Shown piece by piece: positions 13,401 to 25,400 of a DNA stretch of 64,000 nt (position 1 is the stretch's first letter; each line of letters starts with the position of its first letter). The notes under the pieces are model-generated. The model was not told where the DNA came from and did no database searches. It worked only from the letters and a program-made list of their open reading frames with translations. This stretch comes from Negaprion brevirostris. Its lineage: Eukaryota. Where the stretch lies: positions 121,708,459 through 121,772,458 of the forward strand of contig JARDVH010000132.1 in assembly GCA_030324005.1 (NCBI GenBank), read 5' to 3'. Made by a program: the position numbers and the translations under genes.

Positions 13401-16400
13401 AATTAATCCAGCCAACTGGTGAACCAAGAGAACTCAATTTTCTTAGTTCTGTCTTTTCCTTTCCCAACCATTTTCGTTGTTAGTCTAACAGATGAGATGC
13501 CTCCCACCCCCCTTTTCTCATTTGTTTAATGAATCTGTCCCTCTCAGTAACACATTTATTCATCAGGGATTCTGGGGGTCCCCACTGTCCTTGTGATCCC
13601 GCCATAATACAGATAAGTTTATACTCACCATCTGGAGTCTTCTATTCTACCATCTCACTCTCCCACTCCTAGGCTGCTCTTATCAGAGTCCGGTAATACC
13701 TGTCGGGGTGATCAGTGCCCTCGTTCCACCGCTTATACTAGTAAACTTACACTATTAAGCTTACACTATTAAACTTAAGCTTAAGCCAGCTTTTCCTTCA
13801 ATTCCGGTGATCACTGACAGTCTCTTTTGTACTCACACCTGAATATCACACTCCAGGCGTCTTTTTCCAGTCTTTTACACCCACTTCAAACTCCTGACCA
13901 TCGCATGGGGGATTTCCCTTCTTAACAACTGATCTAAGGCTGGTGCGTTAAAGACAAATGCCTCCTTGTCCATGTATGTTCAGTTCAGACCTCTTTCACA
14001 CACTCACAGTCTGTTATCACAGATCATTCCCCGCTGTAGTTTGACTCACCCTATTCAGTACGGTGATCTATTCCAGCACGCAGATTGTGGCCATTCAACC
14101 TGAGCCCGCAAACAGATCCTGGGTTTCGGCACCAAATGTAGGTAAAATAATACCTCAGACTGTTAGTGAATNNNNNNNNNNNNNNNNNNNNNNNNNNNNN
14201 NNNNNNNNNNNNNNNNNNNNNNNNNNNNNNNNNNNNNNNNNNNNNNNNNNNNNNNNNNNNNNNNNNNNNNNCCCAACCAGGGTCCTCTAAAATTTGGTGT
14301 CTCTTTTCTAGTTCCAACATTTTGATTTTTGCATTGTCATCAGCCCATTTCTTATCCAAGACTGAGACTTGTTCAATTAATCCGGTCAATTGGTGAGCTA
14401 AAAGAACTCCAATTTTCTTAGTCCTGCCTTTCTTTTCCTTTTCCAACCATTTTTGTTGTTGGTCTAACGGATGAGATGAGTCCCACCCCTCTTTTTTTTT
14501 TATCTGTTTAGTGAATTTATCCCCCTCAGTTAAATATTCATTCATCAGGGAGCCCGGGGGGTCCCCACTGTCCTTGTGATCCCGCCATAACACAGATAAG
14601 TTTATGCTCACCACCTGGAGTCTTCTAATCTCCCTTCTCGCTCTCCCATTCCTAGGCTGCTCTTATCAGAGTCTGGTAATACCTGTCAGGGGTGATCAGT
14701 GCCCTCCGTACCACTGCTTACACTGGTAAACTTACACTATTAAACTTAAGTCGGCTTTTCCTTCAATTCCGGTGATCACTGACGGTCTCCTTCACACTCG
14801 CGTCTGAACATCACACTCCAGGCACCTTTCTCCAGTCTTTTAAACCCACTTCAAACTCCTGACCATCGTGTGGGGGATTTCCCCTCTTAACAACCGGTCT
14901 GAGGCTGGGTGTTTAAAGGCAAGTACCTCCTTGTCCGTTTATGTTCAATTCAGATGTCTTTCACTCTCACAAACTCTCAACACAATCTGTCAACAAAAAT
15001 TCTTATCCACTGTAGTTTGACCCACCCTATTAAGTTCGGTGATCCATTCTAGTGTATAGATTGTGCCCATTCAACCTGAGCCCGCAAACAGATCCCGGCT
15101 TTCGGCACGAAATGTTGTAGGTGAAATAATACCTCTGAGTCAGTGAGTCAAAACACAGTGGTTTTTATTCCAAAGCTTTGGGGAGAAACTGGCTCCGATT
15201 AAGGCTTACCAGATTTCTCATAGAACACAAATGCAAGTGGACATTTATACATTGAGCTCCAGCAGGAATCACGATTCAAAGTTCTAATTCCTGCCAGACC
15301 TCCAGTTCTTCCTTCCTGGGTGGTGATGCAGCCCCAGAGTTAATCAGGAATTACAGTCCTGCAGGCAGGACACAGGAAACCCCTTCTGCAGCAGTACCAG
15401 TATCCTTTCTTTGAAGTTACTTGTGCAATCGTGGCTGTCCCAGCAGGACTCTTCCTGTTAAAAGCTGGTATTGTGATCTGCCATCAGCAGCTGTCAAAAG
15501 CCGGTATCGTAAACTACCATCTGTGTAACAATGTCCAACTAACACATAGGTAAAATTTGCAAAGTCTACAAAATAACAGCCGCATTAAACTATCTGTCTT
15601 TATACAAATAAGGATTAAAGCATGTAATACACGAACAAATAACTGATATTAATGCCAAGAACAGTATAAGCTTGAGAAGATCAGTCATGATGAAGGGTTA
15701 TGTTTCTGACATATTCTAGGCACAAAATCCATTAACCCTTTGAAAATTTCAAAACACTCTGAAGCCACCAGGATTCCAATATGACCTCAGACCACAATGT
15801 TAAACTCACAAGCACAATGGGTACCCTTTGATAATTCAGCCCCAGCAGTCAAGTTTTACTAATTTCCTTCAAATTCAAAAAATCTCAATTCTCAATAATT
15901 GTATATCTTTGCACCCTATACCAAATATAAATTTATAGATGTTTGATATTAATCTGTACTCTTGAAATGCTTTACTGTTCTTGCTGTATATTTGTAGATG
16001 GCTCTTTTTGATCCCATCATTTTGCCTTGCTCTAAGTGCTCGATGTTCTTTTTGTACAGAATGTGGACTCGAGAAAGCAGACATGGTTTTCCTCATGGAT
16101 GGCTCGGAAATAATAACAGGTGATGAATTCCAGTTGATGAAAGAGGGCTTGAAAGATTTTGTCAAGTTGTTCAACATTGGCCCAAATCACTTCCAATTTG
16201 CCTTGGTTCAGTATGGCAAAAGACAACGTCTTGAATTCAACTTGGCTGCATCTGACTCACAAGAAGCACTCAATAGCAATATTGATTCCGTTACCCAGCT
16301 GAAAGGAGAAACTGCCACCGGAGCTGCGTTGAATTACGTGAATGTTCTCTTTCAGCATTTAGATGGGAGCCGAAAAGCAGAAAAGGTGCCCCAGTATCTT

Positions 16401-19400
16401 TTAGTGATTACAAGTGGGTCATCCATCGACAGTGTGGTTTCAGCGGCTGCTGAGTTGCATAAGCGGAAGATTCAGATATTTGCACTGGGTATTAAACATG
16501 TAAAAACTAGTGAACTTCTGCAAATCACTGGATCAGCAGATAGAAAACTCTTTATTAATGATATTAAGGAGTTAAATAAAGTTAAAAGAAGAATTGTCCG
16601 TGGCATTTGCACTCCTCCTCCTCGTCCCCCAAAAGGTAGGTGAACTTTTAGCAATGATGCAGCCTTTTTGTGCTTGCCTCTTTGTATTGTAACCCAAATC
16701 TCTGGCAACTTTGAACCAAATCATAAATCAAGCTGTAAATTGGCTTGGTATTTTTGTCTCTCTGCTCTTTTGTTTTGGCAGCCAAGGGCAGAAGGAACTT
16801 CCTCTGAACCTTTCCCCATCTCATTTCCAGGGTGCTCTATCAGTCAATGATGAATGTCATATTCATATGTGAGCGAGTGATACTACTGACATTCATAAGA
16901 GATGAAAATATATCCAAGAGTCTGAGGCTACAATCTTACCTGCCATTCATGCCACGGCCACCACCTTCTGCACCAACCACAATCCCACCCAGGCCCTATC
17001 CTCATAATCCCATGCATTTACTGTAGCTAGTCCCCCTGACACTAAGGGGCCAATCCACGTAGCCCGCACATCTTTGGATATGAGGGGCCATGGGAATGGG
17101 TGGAGGAGCCTAGGCTGACATGGATGGTTTGAGAGGCCGTGGGGATGGAAGGCAGCATGAAGTGACGAGAGTTGGCATGGACGGTGAATGGGGATGTGTG
17201 GGATTGTGGTTGGTGCAGAAGCAATGGGCCGAATGGCCTCCTCCTACACTGTAGGATTCTATGATCCACATCCTCTGTGCTTACATACATCCATATATTC
17301 ACCACGCATGCTTTTTTATAGATCTTGTGTCAACTTAGTTCTAACTCATGCAAACCCTTGTACCTCCCCTCCCACCACCCTTTGATCTTACACCCTGCAT
17401 GCCAACTCAGACACCTTGGTGAAATAAAATAAAGCATTAGGTATTTTAGCAGACATTATTAAAAAAAAGACATTCATAAAAACACATTCAGTACATTTAA
17501 TTTCCTTCAAACACTTACTCTCTTTGTTGAGGGCTGTTTTTTTTTAGACATCTGGGACAAAGCCCTTAAGCATCAAGGTCACCCTTATAAACAGACCCTG
17601 TGGCTGCAGCTGCAGCATTTCCCCCACCACCATCCCTGTCCAACATCAGCATCTTTCTCAGTCCTTTGTGTATTATGTTTCTCCCATCTCCTTACCAAAT
17701 TCTCTCTCCCAGCACTAGCAACCACTATTATCATTTCTGATTTTCTCATTATTTTCTTCCATTTTTGCAAAAAAGTTGAAAAGCAAGTTAATCATTTTGA
17801 CATTTACTGCAATGTATAAAAACTCTGACTTTGGATCGTTCATACTTTAGAGGAACCATCGTGTAAGATAGACATTGCTGTGGGATTTGATGTCTCAAGA
17901 AGGACCGGATCAAGGAACATATTTGCTGGCCAGCAAAAATTACGGGCAAAGCTTCATTCGATATTTGAGGAAATTGCTTCCATTCATAACATCAGCTGTG
18001 CACCTGCTTCCAAGCTAAATATCAGAATGGGTTATCATGTAAAAAGCAATACTGGCCAGTCTATCTTTGAAACTGACTTTGAAGAGTACAACTCAGAAAT
18101 TGTAGATAAACTGTTAGAAATTCAAACAAATGCCAAAATTGATCTGAACACTGAAAATTTAAAATCATTCCCTGGCATATTCAATACATCAGAAGCAAAA
18201 GCAAAGGTAAGTGTATTTTTTAACCACATGTGCAACATTTTCAAACTTATTCATTTAAGTCTTTCAAGAATACTGTTTTTAAAAGGTGTGGATGATACAT
18301 ATTTGACTACTTGGATGCACCATAATGACTTGGACTATGTACTGTCTCTGTTCTGGCAATTTTTTAATGATGTAGCAGTCAAGCTGCATTCAATGGCTAC
18401 TCCCATTGATCCAATTTTCAAATACATTGCGTATTGTTCTACAGACCATTGGCCAAAGTTCATTGTGTCTACCCCACCCCCACCCCGAAGTATAAATCTC
18501 TTCTGATTTGCTCTTAGCTCTGGCAAAGGGTTATCTAGGCTCAAAACGTTGGCTCAATTGTCTCAACACAGATGCTGTCAGACCTGCTGAAATTTTCCAG
18601 CCTTTTCAATTTTTGTTGACATTGTGACGTGTCTCTGTTGACCTAACTATTCTCAGCTAGGTGATATTCAGAAACTGCAATTACCCTGCGTACCTCTGTT
18701 CTATGATCACCATTCTTGTTTATTATCTATTGATTCCTGGAGGAAAAGCCATGTATTATGGGTTACAAATGAGAAAATCATTTGGCATCCATGGCTTTAA
18801 GGCTCATATTCTTTCCCATCCATAGTTGTTCATCCATAGATCTTGGCTATCTTATGAATTCTGGGTGTTTGGTCCACAAATTTGAGCGAGCTACTTGTGG
18901 GAAAACCTTTCACACCTCATGGTATATGTTTTTTTCTGAGCTTATTCTTTCCTTTGCAATGGGAAGATTATCAGTCAGGTGATGCGTTTGTGCATATAAT
19001 GGTAGCAGTTAAGTGCCTTGGAGTTGGAAAGAATGTAAAGCGACAATGAGAAGAAAAGATTAGAGATGGTGTTTGCAGAATCACTTTTATATCTGATGAG
19101 GGCCTCACCCTGCTAGTGTCAGACAATGTGGGATTCCCCTCAATGGATTCTATGGACTTATTGCACGATTCCACTCTCAAGATCATGATCCCCCTTGCAC
19201 CCTTCCCCAGATGAACGAACCTGACTGCCCCCACTCCCCCCTGCTACCTTGCTGAGACCGCGACCCCAGATTTGCTTGGACTCCTGAGTGGATTTGGGCT
19301 GCATTTAGTGCCAGCATTGGCCTCCACATCCAGTTGGCATCTTTGGCACTAAGGTGGGACCACCCCAAGAAAAGAGCGATAACCCACGTTAAAACAGTTG

Positions 19401-22400
19401 ATGTTGCTCCCAGCATTAAATTGCTGTGAGGCAGCAGTCAGGATTTTGGGGCATGTTTCTTGCCAACCTAAGGGGTGGGACGAGGATGATGAGCACCACA
19501 TAGAATGTAACCCAAGGATCTCAATGTAAAACTTTGCCAATGATATGTAGCCGGAAGTATGGAACCTAATGTAAGATGATATTAGAAAGCTTGCAGATTG
19601 GGCAGCTAGGTGACAAATGAATTTTAACATAGATAAATGTGAGGTGATGAACTTGGTCAGAGAAACAGAAACATCACCATTACCTTAAGGACTAAGAAAC
19701 TGAATAGGGTTGAAAAGCCAAGGAATATAGGTGGGCACAGCTTTAAAAGTAGCCTTGTAGGTCAGCAAGGAAGTTACTAATGTTCACAAAGCAGCGTGAT
19801 TTAATTCCAGGGAAAAGGAATTCAAAGTTAGTGAAATTATGAAAACTGTTTATAGTACCCTGGTCAGATCACAGTTTAGAATTTTGTGCACAGTTGTAGT
19901 CTCCATACTATGGAAAGGACATAGAGGGCACAATTTTACCATTTTCAGGCACAACGTGGTGAAAAAGTGGGGTGTAAAAGCAATTAATGCGGTTGGTGTC
20001 AGTTTTCATGACCCGCGACATTTTACGAGCACTAGATTTCCAGTGTGGTCAGCCTCTGACTCGGAATTGGGCAAGAGGCAGGGTAATACATTTAAATTTA
20101 TTTAAATGCTTTTCAACATCAGCATTGCGAGCCCAACAATCAAATGTCCAGGCTAGCCTCTCTTTATGACCACGCCGGGAAAGATTAGTGCCAGCAAAGA
20201 ATAGACATGCTCCCCATTTTACAGGGAGGAGTTGACTTGGCCTCTCTGGTAGAGCTGAAAGCCATTGAGGCCCCCAGGAGAGGCCAAGGGCAAAGGGAGG
20301 TTGCCTCTGGGCAATGTCAGATGGGCAGTGCCACCTTGGCACCTGGGCAATGCCCACTGGGCACCTGGGCAATGCCCACTGGGCGACCAGGGACCGGGGC
20401 CAGTGGGGGAGGGTAATGAGGGAGGGGCCAGCAGGGGGGACTAGTGGAGAAGGGGCTAGTCGGGGCTGGGCCAGTAGGGCAGAGCTAATGGGGCAGGAGC
20501 TAATGGGAGGAGGGGGCCCACAGCAACTCTACAGCAATCAGTGGGGGAAGAGGGGAAACATAGGAGCAAGTGGAGGCCATTTAGCCCTTTGAGCCTGCTC
20601 TGACATTCATTAAGATCATGGCTGATCATCCAACTCAGTAACTTAATCACTTTGTAGCAATTGGTGTGGGGAGGAAGGGGGGGGTNNNNNNNNNNNNNNN
20701 NNNNNNNNNNNNNNNNNNNNNNNNNNNNNNNNNNNNNNNNNNNNNNNNNNNNNNNNNNNNNNNNNNNNNNNNNNNNNNNNNNNNNGATCATGGCTGATCA
20801 TCCAACTCAGTAACTTAATCACTTTGTAGCAATTGGTGGGGGGAGGACGGGGGGGGTGCCTGTTGCCACTCTACAGCTATCAGTGGGGGAAGGGAGAAAA
20901 AGGGAGTTTGCTGACACTGTGCAACTGTCGGTGGGGGTAGGGGGGGTTGGCGAGCTGTCTTTTGCCTAGTTCCCTCCATCCCCACCGATCATTGCAGAGT
21001 GGCAACAAGCTCCCTCTCCCCCACCGATAGCTGTATCTTGGGCTGCAGGCCTCCACGATTGCAGGTGGGAGGGCTGCTTCAGGCTGCCTGCACTAGCAGA
21101 GGCCTGACAGCTCTCTCTTTTCTGTCAGACACCTGCTACTGCTCATGCACACATGCGGCGTCAGAGGCCCAAAAGACAGATCTGAAACTCTCCTAGTTGT
21201 AAGTCCGCCCAAATGGTAAAATCACCACCAGAGATACTGGGGAAACTGCAAAAAAAAAACTTACAATGATTGAACCAGAGCTGAGAGATTACAGCTGTTG
21301 GGGAATGTTGCACAAGTGAGGGCTTTTTTTCTTCAGAAAATTTAAGAGGTCATTAAAATTATGAATGAGATGGGCAAGATAAATGTTGAAGTAATCTTCC
21401 CATTTGAGGTTTAATCCAGATATAAGTATCATAAATAAATCCAATAGGGAAAATTGTCTTTACCAGAGAATGTATAGAATGTGAAACTCACTAACTTGGG
21501 AAATGGATGGGGTAAATAGCTTAGGTGATTTCAAAGTGAAATAAGAAAATTACATGAGAGAGAGGAAAAATAATATAAAAGCCTGCTGAAAGGCTGAGAT
21601 GTGGTAGGTAAAAATGGAGGAAACAGATATGGAGAATATACATCTATTTGGCCAGATTGGCTTGTTTCCATGCTGTATGTTCTGTGTATGCATTAACAGT
21701 TACTTTAATACTATCACAAATGCAATGAAAATTTACTATTCATCTGTTCCTTTTATTTAGTTACTATTTCAGATATAAATTCCTCTGTTCCTTTTGTTTA
21801 ATTACTGTTTTAGGTATAAATTCCTCTTTTCCTTTTGTTTAATTACTATTTTAGACATAAATTAGAAAAAAAACTCTTTATCTTTTTATAGATAATGTTG
21901 CTATTCACGGATGGGTTGCTTGGCAGTGAAATGATGCTTAAACAAATCTCAAAGGAGCTCAGTAATGAAGGTATGTACAAAATGTGAGGAATATCTGATA
22001 CAATGCAGGGTAGTATGATGAACTGAACAGAACATAGGCCAATTGGTGGGAGTCTGTGTATAGTTCTGGTCATCACATAAAGTTTAAATTTTATTTATTA
22101 GTGTCACAAGCAGGTTTACATTAACACTGTAATTAAGTTACTGTGAAAATCCCCTAGCCACCACACTCCAGCGCTTGTTTGGGTACATTGAGGGAGAATT
22201 CATCCTGCCAATGCACTTACTGTGGAAGGAAACTGAGCACCTGGAGGAAATCCGCGCNNNNNNNNNNNNNNNNNNNNNNNNNNNNNNNNNNNNNNNNNNN
22301 NNNNNNNNNNNNNNNNNNNNNNNNNNNNNNNNNNNNNNNNNNNNNNNNNNNNNNNNNCCGCGCCGATACGGGGAAAATGTGCAGACCCCACACAGACAGT

Positions 22401-25400
22401 GACCCAAGCCAGGAACTGAACCCAGGTCCCTAGTAATGTAAGGCAGCAAAGCTTGCCACGGTGCCATCCTACATTACAGGAAGGACACAGTTGCTTGGGA
22501 AAGTGTACAGGGATTTACAAGAATGCTGCCAGGGCTTGAATGTTGCAGCTACGAGGAAAGTTTGGATGGGCTGGGAATGTTTTTCTTAGAACGGAGAAAG
22601 CTAATAGAGATGAACAACATTACGAGGGGCATAGATAGAGAGGAATGCCTTACTTCCCCTTGAGTGAGGTCAATTACAAGGGGCCACAAATTTAAAGTGA
22701 TTGTTAGAAAGATTAGAAGGGGCATGAGGAAAATCTTCTTCACCCAGAGGGTGTTGGGTGTCTGGAATTCGCTGCCTGATTTGATAGTGGAAGCAGAAAC
22801 CCCTCAACTCATTTAAAAAGTATCTGGATCTGTACATGCGACCAGCAAGACTATGGACCTGGTGCTGGAATGTGGCATTGGAATGAGCAGCTTTTTTTAA
22901 ACTTTTCAGCTGGCACAGTATACGCGATTTGATTAATGGTCTTTTTCCATGCCATTTGGCTCTCAAACCATCCACTATACTTCGGGCTGTTGCAGTCCTG
23001 AGTGCTTGGAATTTTGGAATGTTCCCGAATCCAAAGTTATAGAGGAAATTTAAAATTTATAGATTCTCTTGCCCAGTGCAGTTACAACAAAGCAGGATTT
23101 TAAATTTTGCCTTATTTAAATCGACTGTTGAAATCTGTCAGCCAAATGCTATGATGTTGTAGGTGCCTGAGCATCTGATTTCCACCATCTCCTAAAGGCA
23201 CTTTTCTGGATGGATACATGAATTTGTGAAGTTGCCTATGGAATGAGAATATAGTCTTGGACAGAATTTCTGCCTGGGTTTATCAGAAGCAGACAGCAAT
23301 GGAGGGAGCATTGCTTCCAGACACATGAGATATTGCTCGTGGCACTGACACTGATTGACAATTTCTTCTTGCTCTCTACATCTCATGACCATAAGATATT
23401 GGAACAGAATTACGCCATTTGGCCCATTGAGTCTACTCTGCCATTCAGCCATGGGTGATGAGTTTTTCGACTCCATTTTCCCATCTTTTCCCCGTAACCC
23501 TTGATCCCCTTACTGATGATGCATCTCTATCTTAAATACACTCACTGATCTGAATTGGTCAATGAATTACACAGATTCACAACCTTCTGGCTGAGGAAAT
23601 TCGTCCTCATCTCAATTCTAAAAGGTCATCAATTATGAACCTCTTGCGGCATTCAATCCTGATTACTACAGTCCAGTCACTGTTGGTTTATTATTTCTCT
23701 GAGCTTATCTTTAATCTGTACATGAGACAACACAAGGCAGGGCAGCCAAAATCTAATTGATACTGAATTAAAAACATCTGGGTGTCATTAAGAACTATGT
23801 TTACCTTTGTGTATATTCAAAATGCCAGCAGATTATTTCACTTAAGCATAGACCACAGGAATAGGGAATGAGGTCAAAATCCCAAACAGTAATATGTATA
23901 TGGAATATCCACAAAAAAAAACTAATTCCACTAATTCCTTTAAAAAAACAGCTGAATAAATAGCTGGTTTAAGATTTAAACTGAATAGGATTAAGCGCTA
24001 AAAATTATATTAAGAAGGAACAGATGTGCAGAGTATTTCCTAAATAGTAAGAAATTGGCAAGTGTAGATGTATAAAGGGTGTCCTTGTTTAGTCACTGAA
24101 GATTAACGTGTAGGCACAGCAAGCTATTAGGAAGTCCAATGGAATGCTAACCTTTATTGCAAGAGGATTTGGATACATAAGTAATGTGGTCTTGCTTCAA
24201 TTGTGTAGATGTTTGGTTAGATTGCACCTGGAGTAGTGTGCAATTTTGGCCCTCTTACCTCAGGAACTATATTGTTGTCATAGAGGGAGTGCAAAGAAGG
24301 TTCACCAGACTTGTTCTGGGGATGGCAGCACTGTCTGATGAAGGGAGATTTGAAAAACTGGGGTTATAAGCAGCCAACATAACCACGTACCCCTGACGTA
24401 CTCTTTTCGCCCTTCTTCCATTGGGAAAAAGATGACAAAAGCCTGAGGTCGGACACCAACTGAGTCAACAACAACATCTTCCCTGCTGCCATCAAACTTT
24501 ATATTAAATTAATCTTTTGCTACATCCTAGCTATTACTATAACATTACACCCTGCACCCTCTCCTTTTCTTCTCTATGAAGAATATGCTTTGTCTGTATA
24601 CTGTGGAAGAAAGAATACTTTTCACTGTATACTAATACNNNNNNNNNNNNNNNNNNNNNNNNNNNNNNNNNNNNNNNNNNNNNNNNNNNNNNNNNNNNNN
24701 NNNNNNNNNNNNNNNNNNNNNNNNNNNNNNNNNNNNNNNNNNNNNNNNNNNNNNNNNNNNNNNNNNNNNNNNNNNNNNNNNNNNNNNNNNNNNNNNNNNN
24801 NNNNNNNNNNNNNNNNNNNNNNNNNNNNNNNNNNNNNNNNNNNNNNNNNNNNNNNNNNNNNNNNNNNNNNNNNNNNNNNNNNNNNNNNNNNNNNNNNNNN
24901 NNNNNNNNNNNNNNNNNNNNNNNNNNNNNNNNNNNNNNNNNNNNNNNNNNNNNNNNNNNNNNNNNNNNNNNNNNNNNNNNNNNNNNNNNNNNNNNNNNNN
25001 NNNNNNNNNNNNNNNNNNNNNNNNNNNNNNNNNNNNNNNNNNNNNNNNNNNNNNNNNNNNNNNNNNNNNNNNNNNNNNNNNNNNNNNNNNNNNNNNNNNN
25101 NNNNNNNNNNNNNNNNNNNNNNNNNNNNNNNNNNNNNNNNNNNNNNNNNNNNNNNNNNNNNNNNNNNNNNNNNNNNNNNNNNNNNNNNNNNNNNNNNNNN
25201 NNNNNNNNNNNNNNNNNNNNNNNNNNNNNNNNNNNNNNNNNNNNNNNNNNNNNNNNNNNNNNNNNNNNNNNNNNNNNNNNNNNNNNNNNNNNNNNNNNNN
25301 NNNNNNNNNNNNNNNNNNNNNNNNNNNNNNNNNNNNNNNNNNNNNNNNNNNNNNNNNNNNNNNNNNNNNNNNNNNNNNNNNNNNNNNNNNNNNNNNNNNN

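Larger units (their letters stand above)
13080..15530 (-). mobile_element. LTR retroelement/ERV-like remnant: LTR-PBS-leader-gag-like, present as two diverged tandem units
   Basis: Minus-strand LTR ~15530-15113 (TGTTAC...ACAACA, TATAAA ~15249, AATAAA ~15169), PBS after a 2-nt spacer, ~500-bp leader, gag-like ORF 14614->; a second LTR end, PBS, leader and disrupted ORF at 14171->13110. Confidence 0.8.

Noticed and set aside
14117-14134. tRNA-Phe gene fragment
   Set aside because: Only the 3' 18 nt including CCA, adjacent to an LTR end: a primer binding site.
17880-18506. VWA ORFs as standalone single-exon genes (also 1040, 5500, 8186, 15981, 28104)
   Set aside because: Homology stops at canonical splice sites; extensions are intron read-through.
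20614-20860. ~70-bp direct repeat either side of the 100-N gap (similar at 6380-6540)
   Set aside because: Typical contig-end overlap at a G/C-run gap; probably an assembly artefact.
21739-21862. CRISPR-like array
   Set aside because: Head-to-tail tandem units without spacers in a vertebrate intron.
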